This document shows positions 50,501-63,459 of a stretch of DNA of 64,000 bases, one piece after another. The notes beneath the pieces were generated by a model. The model worked only from the letters and a program-made list of their open reading frames with translations, had not been told where the DNA came from and ran no database searches. The translations under genes were made by a program, and so were the position numbers. Position 1 is the stretch's first letter. Each line of letters begins with the position of its first letter. This DNA comes from Phoronis australis (lineage: Eukaryota; Animalia; Phoronida): positions 608,673-672,672 of the forward strand of contig NMRA01000020.1 in NCBI GenBank assembly GCA_002633005.1, read 5' to 3'.

Positions 50501-52415
50501 TTCTGCTCAACAGCTTATGACCTTACTGGATTTAAGGGCCCACCAGAGCATTTATAAGTGTGCCCTCCACTCATTTTCAATGTTCTATGTGTATCAAATG
50601 CTTTGAGATGCCAGCAGGGTAGTATTCTACATGCAGCTTTGTTGACCACTGTGGTCAGTGAGAATGTCCTACTCACATGTGTATGAATGCATAGTATGTG
50701 CACCTCTTCATGTACCACATCAGTATTGCCTGTGTGGTTTTGGAAATGTGTAAGCTGCTTGTGTTGTATGGGCATTGTTGAGCTTGAAATGCTAGTTTTA
50801 CTCCTATCAATAGCTCATTGCTCCTATAAAACTAGGGATGTATTTATTGCGACATGTGTCCGTTATTGTTGTTACTAGTTTATTGCTTAACCAGTGTATC
50901 TATTTTGAATATTCTTCAAGCCTTGGATGACTGATCTTTTCAGTTTAGGATAGTTATTGTTTGCATCCCATGAAGTGAATTACATACTGTCTTTTTTAGT
51001 AATTTTATTCAGTGACTCCTGGTGTGGTTTTGAAAATGGTTGTTTTTTAGGCTGAAATGCAGATTTTTTACTAAGTTCTGCAATGACCCTGTCATTTCCA
51101 CATGGTTATCTTGAAAAGCAAATTCTTGTATACATATTATTGTCATCTTGTGAGGTGTGCAATTTATTGCGGTTTTCAGTGACTGGTTTCACCAAGGATA
51201 GCAGTATTGTGCACCTACCGGTACTTTGCTCAAACCCATGTTTCATCTAATTATATTGATAACTTTTCCTCGTGAAGGTAGTGATCTCAGCAGTTATATC
51301 ACTTATGGTGTTTTGTCAAGTAGTAGAACCTTGTACTGCTATGACACAAATTTTNNNNNNNNNNNNNNNNNNNNNNNNNNNNNNNNNNNNNNNNNNNNNN
51401 NNNNNNNNNNNNNNNNNNNNNNNNNNNNNNNNNNNNNNNNNNNNNNNNNNNNNNNNNNNNNNNNNNNNNNNNNNNNNNNNNNNNNNNNNNNNNNNNNNNN
51501 NNNNNNNNNNNNNNNNNNNNNNNNNNNNNNNNNNNNNNNNNNNNNNNNNNNNNNNNNNNNNNNNNNNNNNNNNNNNNNNNNNNNNNNNNNNNNNNNNNNN
51601 NNNNNNNNNNNNNNNNNNNNNNNNNNNNNNNNNNNNNNNNNNNNNNNNNNNNNNNNNNNNNNNNNNNNNNNNNNNNNNNNNNNNNNNNNNNNNNNNNNNN
51701 NNNNNNNNNNNNNNNNNNNNNNNNNNNNNNNNNNNNNNNNNNNNNNNNNNNNNNNNNNNNNNNNNNNNNNNNNNNNNNNNNNNNNNNNNNNNNNNNNNNN
51801 NNNNNNNNNNNNNNNNNNNNNNNNNNNNNNNNNNNNNNNNNNNNNNNNNNNNNNNNNNNNNNNNNNNNNNNNNNNNNNNNNNNNNNNNNNNNNNNNNNNN
51901 NNNNNNNNNNNNNNNNNNNNNNNNNNNNNNNNNNNNNNNNNNNNNNNNNNNNNNNNNNNNNNNNNNNNNNNNNNNAACGTCAGAAAATATTTGTTTTCTC
52001 TTTCTCGCTTATAATGATTTTCAAGGGTTTCCGTTATTCAATTTCGGCAAGGTCGTCGCTTTCTCGCAAAACTACCGATTGGATGATCAATTACGCACTT
52101 ATTTGCTCTCCGTTTTAACGTCGATCATCGTCAATACACCTCCAAAAATTGTACATCGTCTTTGCGCAAACTACATTATGATTTAATTCTCCCGAAAAAA
52201 GTTGACGATCGGATAGTGTTTAAAAGTCTAATTCTAAATTTCTCCAATTAGTGCACAAATGAAGTAAACGAAAGTAGTTCTGCTTGTCGCGTCAGCTGTT
52301 GGTATCATTATCTCGATTTATGACCCACAACGCGTGACTGGACAAAGCCTTTTCAAATTAGCCGGTGGAGCGTGAGACCCCTGAGGTCGAGTCCTCACGA
52401 CAACTCCGCGTTATG
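47587..52415. mobile_element. ~4.8-kb TIR element inserted into the Gypsy integrase
   Basis: Termini CATAACGC-N7-TCGTGAG and CTCACGA-N7-GCGTTATG; Gypsy frame stops at QLHDG before it and resumes with GVEKTRLLSRECVY after it. Confidence 0.75.
49987..50389. mobile_element. PIF/Harbinger-like MITE with long (~90 bp) imperfect TIRs; a related copy lies at ~44133-44387
   Basis: gggcccggtctctaatctttgtactcgaaa ... tttcgagtaaaaagattggagacc. Confidence 0.7.
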
Positions 52416-53445
52416 ACCCAGGCGTCGAGAAGACACGATTGTTATCCCGAGAATGTGTATACTCGGGGTAAACTTCAAAGCGGACATGGAGCGACTAGGC
52501 AAGTCTTTCTTTGTCAGCCCTTCCAGTATGCTAATACTTGACAACCATTCAACCCCAGCCTTCAAGGAATTTGTCACCTCTTGAAGCATCAAACATGTCA
52601 CCAGCTCACCTCATTACCCCCGCAGCAACGATTTCGTCCAACACCATGTAACGGCGTTGTGAAGAAGTGCCTACGACAAAGTCTGACGTCACCGTAGCAC
52701 TACTTGAACTCGGAGCCACGCCGATCGATTCAAAGCTTCCATCACCAGGGGAACTGCTATTTGGCCGACCAATTTTCAAGACTTTACTGAGCCCCTCTGA
52801 GGCTGTTGACGGTGCACATTGCAGAAGATTGGATAAACGAGCTACAAACATGAGGGACCATCATGACAAACGATGCTTGAAACAAACGCTTCCAAGCTTG
52901 TTTCGTGGTTATTATGCTAGAATCCGGGACACAGAAACCAAGACCTGGCGCCCGGGTGCAATCATCATACACCAAGACGGAACCCGTACAGTTATGTTGT
53001 TGAAACCCCAAATGGCACTGCGGTAGGCTTCGCAGCAATAGACACCATCTGCGGGACATGACACCGAAACCTGTCCATTTCAGTGACGACACGCCTCGCT
53101 CACGTAAGACATCAGAGGTTCCTGCTAGTGCACCAGTAGCAGCTAAACCAGAGTCGATCACCAGGAGATCAGAGCGAAATACTTCTAACCGTTTCGCTAC
53201 AAGGATTATGTTTAAATATTTGGACACCAACTCAATAGGACATTTATATACACAATCATACATAGTTATTTAGCAACAACAAGCTCAAGTTGTCATCATT
53301 TGTTACTGTTTTGCAACCCTATTTGCTGGGGGGATGTTGCAAAATCGTATTACTGTGTATTCTGTGAATGAAGTAGTACTCTGGGTTGTTAGTCTAGCCT
53401 CAAATATAAAGATATTGTCTTAAACCTGATGTCTTCATTATCGCC
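52416..53445 (+). mobile_element. Gypsy 3' part: integrase remnant, polypurine tract and 3' LTR start
   Basis: KHVTSSPHYPRSN, LPSPGELLFGRP, G-rich PPT followed by TGTTGC at 53335; LTR end approximate. Confidence 0.8.
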
Positions 53446-56370
53446 TGTTACTCGTCAAAAATGCTTCAATTATCGAGTTTTTCATAGCCCAATTTGGAAT
53501 ACAGAATATTTGACGTCACAAAGCACGTGACGACTCAAACAAAGTAAAGCGACATCATACGGGACATTCGACAGCAATGTCGAATCCACTGGCGTACGCC
53601 TCTACGTTTAGAAGGGTGGCGTTGCCTGGTCATAAGGCCAAGACCAGGAAATCGCCCAGGAAGGAAGTCCCAAAGTGTCCTGCGGAGTCATGGTAAAACA
53701 TTTCTAGGGAAAAACACTCCAGTACATTGCGTTGTTAAAAGGATACCGAACCCGATGATTTTCATCGTCATGTACCACTAGCTCAATTTTGAATCAGAAA
53801 CAAGTGGCTTGTCACCCCAGTTAATCCTCAAATGTTTGGAACAAGTTTAAAAAATACTCTTTACAAGTCCTACCAACTTGACAAGCGCGACTTGTTTATT
53901 AGCGCTTTTGGGTAAATTTATAGACAGCCATGGAGAATCCCATAAACAATTTGGGGAATTAAAACAGATGATCACCTGTGACTGAAAAATTGCTACTTAT
54001 TCCCTCGAGTGAGAAAACCATCATTCAGCTTCTCTGGTTCGAGGTGGGTGGTATCTTTCCAAGAAAGCGTCGATGTACTGGCATCGAGTTTTCAAAGTCT
54101 ACATGCATTTGAAGTCCACTCAGTAGCTGCCAGAGTGGGCAGGTGCTCGCAAAAATCTGCTGCCGCAGGTGGCGAAGCTGGTAAGATATTGGCGAAAAGT
54201 GATAGCGACCTAGGTCGAGTAAAGCTTAAAGTGTCAGAACCTTTAGGCCTGGTATGCTAGCACACGGTATAGTATTCAAATGAGTTAGGTTTAAGCTCAT
54301 TGGTTTGACGCTTGCAATTTTCACGTTGATGACCCTTGGGAGAATTGATTGAATATTCATATTGTGTCAAATTTTGAGATGTAATTCAGTTATTTTCTGG
54401 CTCCAGAGAGCCTAACCTAGAAAATATTGCACGAGAAGGAACTATGCAGAAATGGCATCCCCTACCCCTTAGCGTGAGAAAAAGTCCACTGAAATCGAAG
54501 TAATTTGACGAACAAAATGGAAAACAAAAAAAACATCATGGCATACACTAAATAGCGGATGAAAAGACAACTCGGTACATGTCACACAATTTCGTTTTAT
54601 ATTTCTAATTGAAGTACACAAAATTAATATATTCTTGTTTAAAGTAAGAAAATTGCAAACACCGAAAGGTTACAATTGGCCTTCGGTATTAAAATGAAAA
54701 CCAAGATGGCTGACGAAATGGCCGGCAATTCTATCGACACTAACTTACCCTGTGTAAACTTTTAAACGGTTGTAATAATAACGTTTCAGTCAGTCAGGTG
54801 GAACGACATTTGTTGATTAAGTTACCAAGTATATCCACTACACTGTTGTTTTTGTGGTGGAGGTGGTCCATCAATTAAAGATCCGTCGTGTTCGAAAATT
54901 GAATAGAGATGTTTGATACTGGTCTTATCTTCAGCGGTGAAATGGTAATCAGGTCGAAGATACGCAAAAGTGAAAAGCGAGCGAAAGATTTTGGACTTTT
55001 CATGTAGTTTACTGCACAATGTCAGTTACTCAATAATAAATATGGCAAAGTGACTCAGTCAGACATAATACAAACAGCAGTAGAGAACACGGTACAATCA
55101 TAGCCCACTATATTTATTGCTGATAATACCGGCTCGTTGATTCTCTTGGGCTATCGTGCAACTCCTCAGCTATTTCCCTTTACAAGAGATGGAAAAGCAA
55201 GAGAAGATTCTGGAACACCAATAGATTGCGACCCTCTTTTGGTACCGAACTATGCTCGCTTATACCATTTATGCATGCAATAGTTGGTTGCCAAACAACA
55301 TCCGGGTGTTTGGCATTGACAAAGATCTTCATTTCAAGAAAACTGCTCTTTCGACAACTAAACAAAAACGCTGGGATAGTCTCTAGACCCATGCAGTTGA
55401 GATGGTGAAAGAGTGATTCCCATGCTTTATGGTGTAGCAAGTGCAGAATAGTTGGATGATTTACGACAAACAATTTTACAAAAGGTGCCATCAAGCGTTG
55501 CTCCGGTCCAAGTACAAGCATTACCATGCAACGACTGCTAAAACAACTTAATTTCATGTTGCCAGAGAATACGACCAAGTACAGCAGCACCAAACAACCT
55601 GTTCAAAGTGGCATGATTCTCACCGTGTAAGTCTGAGTGTAGTCTAAGAGATACACGATCAAGAAGGCAGACTTGCCTTGATCGGTTCTATATGGTGGAG
55701 AATGCTGTGTGGAAGTTGCTTTAACTGAAGACAAGCTAAAATTAGTTGCTTGGTTATTGAAGTCTGTGAAGAACAGAATCCATGCTTTATTAAGTTCTTC
55801 CTAAAACAGTTGTTTGGTGACCATCTTGAAAAATGGCGGAAGTCGTAAGCACTTCTAAACGCAATGCATCTGAACGGGCTATTCGATCCAGAAACTCACG
55901 CCAAAATTCTTAAATCAAGACATCATATCTCTTCGTTCGGACGCTGTCTGGGTCTCAGATTTCGACAGCCATATAGAAAAATTGAAAAACTCTCCACTAC
56001 AGTCAACGGATCAGTTGACTCTGAAGGTAACAACTCGTCGCTTGAAGCGGAAGCACCCCTTCATTCAGAAGCTGGGCCTCAAAATATTTCTGGCGGCCAT
56101 TTTGGCGAGCGGAGTCACTACAGGCATTGAATATTACTTTCAGTGGACGTGTTGGGCTAAAGGACTTGGGCAAACACTTTTTTAATTTCCATTCCATCAC
56201 ATCCTCGTCTCCATTTATAGCGATTACTAACCATTCTGGCAGCCATTCGGTCCGCCACCATGAAAAAACAACTTCAACCGCTCCAATTTCGGTGGATTGT
56301 TTTTCCTGTTAGCGGTTTGGAGAAAACCATTCACGTAATAAATCCTTCTCTTGCAATTTCCTTAACAAGG

Positions 56371-56420
56371 ATGAACATTTGGAAAAGTTGGAACAAGTTG
56401 TCCCTCAATATATGCGTCAC
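56371..56420 (+). CDS. PDE10A: Candidate first coding exon of the PDE10-like gene (MNIWKSWNKLSLNICVT)
   Basis: ATG at 56371, donor AC|gtaaac at 56421 in phase 2 matching the phase-2 acceptor at 56511; 91-nt intron; gives 827 aa. Confidence 0.5.
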
Positions 56421-56511
56421 GTAAACTTTAAGTTTACTGAAAGGTCATCGACTTGGATATAATATGCATGTTTTTGGTTTTCTTATCAATTTTGCTATTC
56501 TCGTTACATAG

Positions 56512-58945
56512 GGAAAAGACTGGCAATAATCCAAAGGTCGTTAGTAGAAACCAACTGAAATCAAGCCTGTCTTCAAATAAAGACCGCCTTAAAGCTCTGG
56601 TGCTGAAAAAGATACCTAAAGAAGAACTTTTAACAATTCTGAATAAGAAAAGGGAATTAGAAAAAGCCTTTCAAGGGAAGAGGCAGCTAAATGTATGCTC
56701 TGATAGCTCTAATAACACCACAGAAGAAATTTCAAAGCGATTTTACCAAAACTCTTATAACGCTGGTCGACAGCAAGAACACATTTGTGAACGAGAAAAA
56801 CTCTATGTTGAGTTGAGTATGACTACCCTTAATGCTACAGTGGCAGACAGAGTGGTTCTTTATTTTCTGCAGGCTGTAAAAGAAATTCTCAAGCCTCATT
56901 ACTGTTGGACCAATAGTGTCGTATCCAGAAAGAGTATGTGCACACCAGAAGTGTCTCCAGTCGCGACACACGTTGCGGCCACAAGACAAAGTGTGCTTCT
57001 GAAGGATGCCACGCAGGACAGAAGATTTAATAACAGGTCTGTAGTCAACAATGAACTCTCAGTCATCTGTATTCCTTTAATTAACGTCGACAAGGAACTA
57101 GTTGGCGTTATTGAGTTAAGCAGAGGCCAAGAAAGACCACCGTTTACAGAAAAGCATTACCGTATTGCCGAGGGGTTCATTGTGTGGGCGTGCCTCGGAA
57201 TCAACCAAGTGATGCAAAAGTTTGTCAACAAACAAAAAAAGAAATTGAATACTTTCCTGCTGGATGTTACCAACGACATATTTTACGACGTTAGACAACT
57301 TCACAACGTGATGGCGAAGACAATGACTCATTCTAAAGCCCTCGTAGGCGCTGAACGCTGCGCCGTGGCGTTTTTGGACAAGCTTCACAGTGAACTTTGC
57401 GTGACATTGCGGGACGTGGGTGAACAAGATAGTTCAGGGCAGCCGGTGTACTCGAACCTAGTCAAAAGTCTGAGGTTCCCTGTCAGCGAATCTTTCATCC
57501 AACGCATTGCCAGCTCGGGAAATATATTTGTCCATGACAAAATGGACCAAAAGTTCACCAGTTGCGTTAAGGTTCTAAGTGAGCTTTGCAACGTGGAAGT
57601 GAGGAACATGATTTATAATTTTGTTGTGTACAAAGGCGAGACCCTTGGAATGCTAGCAGTTCTAAACAAGCCAGAAAACGAAACCTTTTGTGAAGAGGAC
57701 GTTGAAATGTTGAAAGTGTTTGGTGGCTATTTCTCGATAGCGCTAAATTACTCAAAAATTTACAGTGAGATGAAAGTGAAAGAAGACTGTGCTAACGTTG
57801 CTATAGAGCAACTTCAAAGCCAGGCTATGAAACAAGACAAGAGTCTGGGAGAGAACTTGATGAAGAATCCTATCACGAAAGACAACGTTCCACAAGATAT
57901 CTACTCTCACTTGTTTTCTATCGAGGATAATATTAAGGGTATATTAGATAGTCTGTTCATCTTCATGGTTCACGATTTATTTGGTAACATACTGGATGAA
58001 GTAAAACTCTGCAGCTTCACAGAGGCTGTGTACCGTAACTACAGAACAGTGCCTTATCACAACTGGCAGCATGCCTTCTATGTCTCTCATTGCATGTACA
58101 TAGTTCTGAAAGACCCCATTATGGTCACAGGTCTTACCGAGCTGGAGCGATTGGGCCTTCTCATTGCTTGCATTTGTCACGACTTGGATCATCGCGGATA
58201 CAATAACACGTTCTTCGAGAAGTTGAACCTTCCGCTCGCTGCCTTGTATTCGACATCCGTGATGGAGCAACACCATTTTCACACGACGGTGCTAATTTTA
58301 CAACAGGATAGTAACACTATTTTCGACCACTTCTCAACAGAACAATATCAGGAGATGCTGGCATTTATACGACACGCTATTATTTCAACGGATTTGTCTG
58401 TTTACTTTGGGCTCAATAAGCCAAAGCTAGAAGGTTTGGTGAAAAGTCAAACATTCGATGTTTCTAACCCTGAACACAAAGATGTGATGATTGCAGTCAC
58501 TATGACTGCTTGTGATTTGTGTGCAGCTGCCAAACCTTGGACGCATCAGGTTAAAAGTGTGAAAGCTCTCTACGATGAGTTTTACGTTCAAGGTGACATC
58601 GAGAAAGATCGTGGTTTCGAGCCAATAGCAATGATGAACCGCGAAAACAACGAGAAACTTGCCGACCAGCAAAGTGGATTCATGAAGTTCGTAGCTGTTC
58701 CTTTATACTCGACTCTTGGAAAAGTGATTCCCGTGGTCAAAGAAATAGAAGCCACCGTCAATGCAAATTTGGAAAATTGGATTAGAATCGGTATGGGGGA
58801 GACGATCCCTCCATGGGAGCCATCAATGACTTCAACCATAGGTACAGACACTGCATGGGCTCACAAAGAATCACTCCGTTCGGTAAAGTCACTGTTCCCA
58901 TTTAACGAGGCAGAAAACATCAATCAAAAACCAAAGAATCACTAA
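56512..58945 (+). CDS. PDE10A: PDE10A-like dual cAMP/cGMP phosphodiesterase (GAF-A, GAF-B, class I PDE catalytic domain), single 2.4-kb exon
   Basis: Uninterrupted ORF; YHNWQH, ACICHDLDHRGYNN, LAALYSTSVMEQHHF, TDL, TACDL, EFY.QGD, QQSGF; PDE10-like N-terminal helix and tandem GAFs; acceptor ttacatag| at 56511. Confidence 0.92.
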
Positions 58946-59122
58946 ATGGAGACTTGGTGAACAGAGTCATAGTTATGTTTTAACTACAGTTAGCATTTAA
59001 GATATTCCTCGCTAAATCAATGTATCTGTATTGTTAAAATGCCTAGACTCCAACGCATTGGAACATCTTCTTAGTTCTGTTATTGCATGAATCAAGTGAC
59101 TTCAAAACGTCGTTGTAAAAGC

Positions 59123-59128
59123 AATAAA
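59123..59128 (+). promoter_or_regulatory. Probable poly(A) signal of the PDE10-like gene
   Basis: AATAAA ~180 nt after the stop codon. Confidence 0.5.
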
Positions 59129-59597
59129 ATAACTTAAAGAAGTACTAAAACTCTTTTAGAGAACAGAAAATTGACTCAAACATAAAGGGGCAGACTACTG
59201 GCAAATTAATCAATCGCGAGATTGACTTTCGCTGTTCCTTCTCGACCACGCCTTAGACAAAAGAATGGCCGCAAGCAATCAAATGTGGGTAAGTGATAGG
59301 CCGGGCGATTTTTGAATATTTGTTACTCTGTAAGCGGTCATTTCAAATTCAAGGACGGCGACTGGCCTGTGAACCTCGCGTTAACTCTTTCAAACTTTTA
59401 ACTTTCCTACTTGAGTAAAGATGGGATATTTGGAAGTCTGTGAGAAGAGACTTTCGATCACGGACAAAAGCCGGGGACAATAGGGTCCACGTTCCATTAA
59501 AAGTTACTCTAAGCGCTTGAATTTAGAACAAAATTCTTCCTGTATTACTGTATTGAATGGCTAATTTAACGTAGAGAAACTTTTCTCAGGCTGGTGG

Positions 59598-61671
59598 TGT
59601 TATAGGATATCACTTCATATGTATGTAGTTTGGTAGTTCATATATGTGATGTAGGAGGGCGCTACACACTATACTCTCTCTCTAGTGTTCACCAAATAAA
59701 TGGCTGAGCTATGGCTACCAGAGTCTCTTGTATTTTATTGAAAATACACAACACAACATAAATACGCAAATACCCAATTCAGTTAACTGAAGAACTTAAG
59801 GCCAAGCTTAATGAAATGCAGAACCTGGGTGTGATAGCAAAAGTGGATGATTCTATGGCTAGTGAATGGGTTAACTCTCTAGCATTTGCTAGAAAACCCA
59901 ATTAATAGCGAATTGAGAGTATTTATTGACCCTAAGGATCTCAACTTGGCTATAAAACGTACCTATCGCAAAACCCTACACTTGAAGAAATTAGCCACAA
60001 CTTGCACGGGTCCACAGTTTTCTCAAAGGTAGATGCAAAGCATGGCTACTGGAGTATCGAACTTGACGAACCCAGTAGTAACCTATGTACTTTCCAGAGT
60101 CCTTTCGGAAAGTACAAATTCTGTAGACTACCCTCTGGACTATGTGTATCGCAAGATATCTTTCAGAAACACATGGATGACGTCATTAGGACAGCTGGTC
60201 ATGGTGTCATAGGCATAGCAGACGACCTAGTAGTCTATGGCAATAACTTAGAGGATCATGACAAAGCCTTGCATAGAGTCATGGCAGCCGCCAGACAACA
60301 TGGACTTGTACTCAGGGCTAAAAAGTGCAAAATTCGACTGGAATCAGTCACCTTCTTTGGCCTTATCTGGTCACGGGACGGCATAAAGCCCGACCACAGC
60401 AAATGCGACGCACTAAAAAGCAAGGATGCACCCAAAAATGTCCAGGAATTACAAAGCTTCCTTGGATTAGTACAGTACCTTGCACCGTTCATACCGCCTT
60501 TTGCTAACAAGACACACATACTAAAATAACTTTGCAAAAAACATTCTGAATCGAAATGGTGTGCCGAACACCAATGAACTGCAAAATGCAGTAAACTGTT
60601 ATATGTAGTTGCAGTATTTTGACCCTAAGACTCCCGTACAGACAGAAGTAGATGCTTCAATGAAGGGTTTAGGAACCGCTTTGATTCAGAACGGCAAACC
60701 CATTGCATTTGCATCCAAAGCCTTGACTCCTACTGAATCCAGATATGCAAACATTGAGGTGAGCTCTTGGTCGTTGTATACGGCCTCGAGAAGTTTCACA
60801 CTTACATGTACGTGTACTGCAAGCTAGTCACAATCTATAGTGACCATAAGCGGCTTGTGAATATCAAGTTGAAACAGCTTGGTAGAGCACCCCCAAGATT
60901 GCATAGAATGTTATTGAGAATAGAGCCCTATGAAGTGAGCCTTTGTTACAGGCCAGGTAACAAAATATGCTATGCTGACTATCTCTCACGAGTGTCCCCA
61001 ACCACTGGATGATTAACTATAGAGATTGGTAAAGCTATACATGTTATTCAAATATCAGAGGGTCAGTTGGAAAACGTGAGAACTGCATCGAGAACTGATC
61101 ATGAGCTTAGTAGTCTAGGTGAACAAATTAGAATAGGATAGCCAGACGAAGCAAAGTTAGTTCCGAAAACTATTCGTAGCTACTGGTCTAACAGATATTT
61201 CCTATCTGTAGAAGATGGATTAGTATTGTATGGCTCTCGACTAGTTATCCCTTCGAGTATAAGGAATGAATATCTTGATCGCATTCACACTAGTCATTTA
61301 GGTCAGACCAAATGTATACTCAGAGCTAAAGAATCGGTATATTGGCCCAATATGACTTCAGATATCACTCAGTGAAGGATTGTACGATTTGCTTACAAAA
61401 CGCCAAAAACAATCCCAAGGAGCCTATAATGGCCCACGAAATTCCTTGTACTCCACAGTGACTACTTCCAGTTGGCAGCTGGTGACAAGTACATCCTGTT
61501 AGTGGATCAGTTCAGTAAAATCCCATTTGTAAGAGCTGTGAAAGATGAGTCAGCCAGAGAAGTCATTAAGTTTTGCAAAGACCTCTTTGCTGCTCACGGC
61601 ATACCCAAAATAATGTACTCAGAAAATGGAGCACAATATGCTTCAGCAGAATTTAGGAATTTTGCTCTTAA
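59598..61671 (+). mobile_element. Second decayed Ty3/Gypsy element: short 5' LTR (59598-59758), gag/protease deleted, pol truncated
   Basis: TGTTA...CAACA LTR containing AATAAA; FSKVDAKHGYW, IADDLVVYG, DASMKGLG, SDHK, H..HLG..KC..RAKESVYWP, ENGAQYAS. Confidence 0.9.
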
Positions 61672-63459
61672 AGGCCTATGGTCCGAGTTATAGAAGAAAA
61701 AAACCTCTTAACGCCGTTTAAGCTGTTTTTTTGATGTGAAATGGAGTTCAAAAAGTTATTAACTTTCAAGTTGTGCAAAAATTTTGAAAAAAATCGTAAA
61801 TACTACAAACGAATGAAATGTTTTGCAAAGAATTTGGTATCCGGGATGCTAAACAGATTATAAACATTGCAACAACGCATGCGCAGCCACAGATCTAGAG
61901 GTCAACAGAATTAATACAAAACAAATGGCGGAGACTAGTAGGTCTATGTAGTGTACGTCCGAAGGCGAAACTGGCAGTCGTCCTGCTCTACAAGATTCAG
62001 AAAAAGACGTGTTAGCCAGTACAAAAAGCGGCATTACCAACAAACCGTGTACCTGTAAGAGACTCGTTCGATAGGTGAGAAACAATGAGGACAAAACTGA
62101 ATGTTCGAACTCGTGAAGGTTTTACATTACAACAAATGAACAATACCAGGCTTTCGATGGACAAGTGTAAGTCAATAAGTGTGCTGTTTGTGAAATGTTC
62201 AATGACTCGTACATGTATACACGGTTAGAGCATTCACTGATGGGTGACTGATCTCAGTCAGCATACATCGGACTCGAATCATTTTGAAGAGCCTAAATTC
62301 GATCAGCTGTTCAGTTTTTGTTCTAATACTACTAGTAGTAGTACTGATTCACGCTGACCCGGACTAGTTGCACCATGTTAGTGTTTTAACAGGTAGTTAA
62401 AACTGGTAAGGCCCTTTAATTCTAACGTCGACATGGCGATGTTTTGGGGGAGTTGCAGTCAGTATGGAGGGTTAACTTCGGTCCTGAATCGAAGTTAACT
62501 GTGCCACTTGACTTCACAGTAGACAAGCGGAGCGTCGATACTGTGGTGTACGGTAGTATGAAGGATCAACATCGGTTATATCGAAGAAGTTATTGTTAGG
62601 GGCCACTGCTATCATCGACAATTACAGGGTAATCCCGTCGCTAAAAGCTGCTCATATTTTGCTCGAATAGTTACTAATCGAATTAGAAGTAGGTTTTGTG
62701 TCCATTAGCACATGTCAATGTTCCCAAATTATCACATTAAAAAATCCTGGTGTACAAGTGTTGCATCTGCACTACGTTGCTATTACTTCGATGACAACAT
62801 CATCAGCTACAGTTTACTTAGACATCCAAAGCCGGTAAAAACGGTTCAATTAACTTTCCAGTTCATGTCGACACCTGCTCAGACCGAAATCAAGTACAAA
62901 AGGGCTTTTAGATCGATTTCAACTAGCACTGTAGCAGGTGGTGTAAAGAATTGTGGCGGGAGAGGGGGGGTGTTTGTAGGATGTGTTAGGGACTTCGCCT
63001 GGCCACGCCAATAGCTTTATTAGAAAGCTCATATCAGTGTTTGTCGTACTGAGTACAGTGGGGGGGGGGGATAAGTCTTGGTCAAGATGGCTATACTTGA
63101 GAATGTCTTATTAGTTTTGCTTTATTTTTTCCAGTTAGGAGAATACTGACCACCTACAGGGGCCCGTGTAACCGTAAGTTGATCTTTCTTATTCCATTAA
63201 GTTTTAAAAGAAAGAATAGGTGTGCTAAACTTCAGTTATTGATGGCCACTTTTCTCTGTATTTCCATCTTAGACTGTGCAGGTTAGGAGAAAATGGTTAA
63301 TTGCAATCTGCATGGTCCAGGTACATTACTTGAACTCACAACCTCAAAAAATTAGCCAGTCAAATCACGTGATTGGAGTACAAATCTTATGTTTTCTCAT
63401 GTCATGGAATTGCTAAATTTTCGTGTTGTGTATCGAATACAGAGATTAGGCTATGGCCT
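61672..63459. mobile_element. Kolobok-like non-autonomous DNA transposon
   Basis: TTAA|AGGCC ... GGCCT|TTAA termini; truncates the Gypsy integrase. Confidence 0.6.

Noticed and set aside
56453-56511. Signal peptide-like N-terminus (MFLVFLSILLFS) suggesting a secreted PDE
   Set aside because: This is the translated polypyrimidine tract of an acceptor ending at 56511, and a phase-compatible upstream exon exists.
53335-59758. PDE captured inside an LTR retrotransposon
   Set aside because: The flanking LTRs are dissimilar and belong to two different elements (a 3' LTR upstream and a 5' LTR downstream), so they do not enclose the gene as one element.
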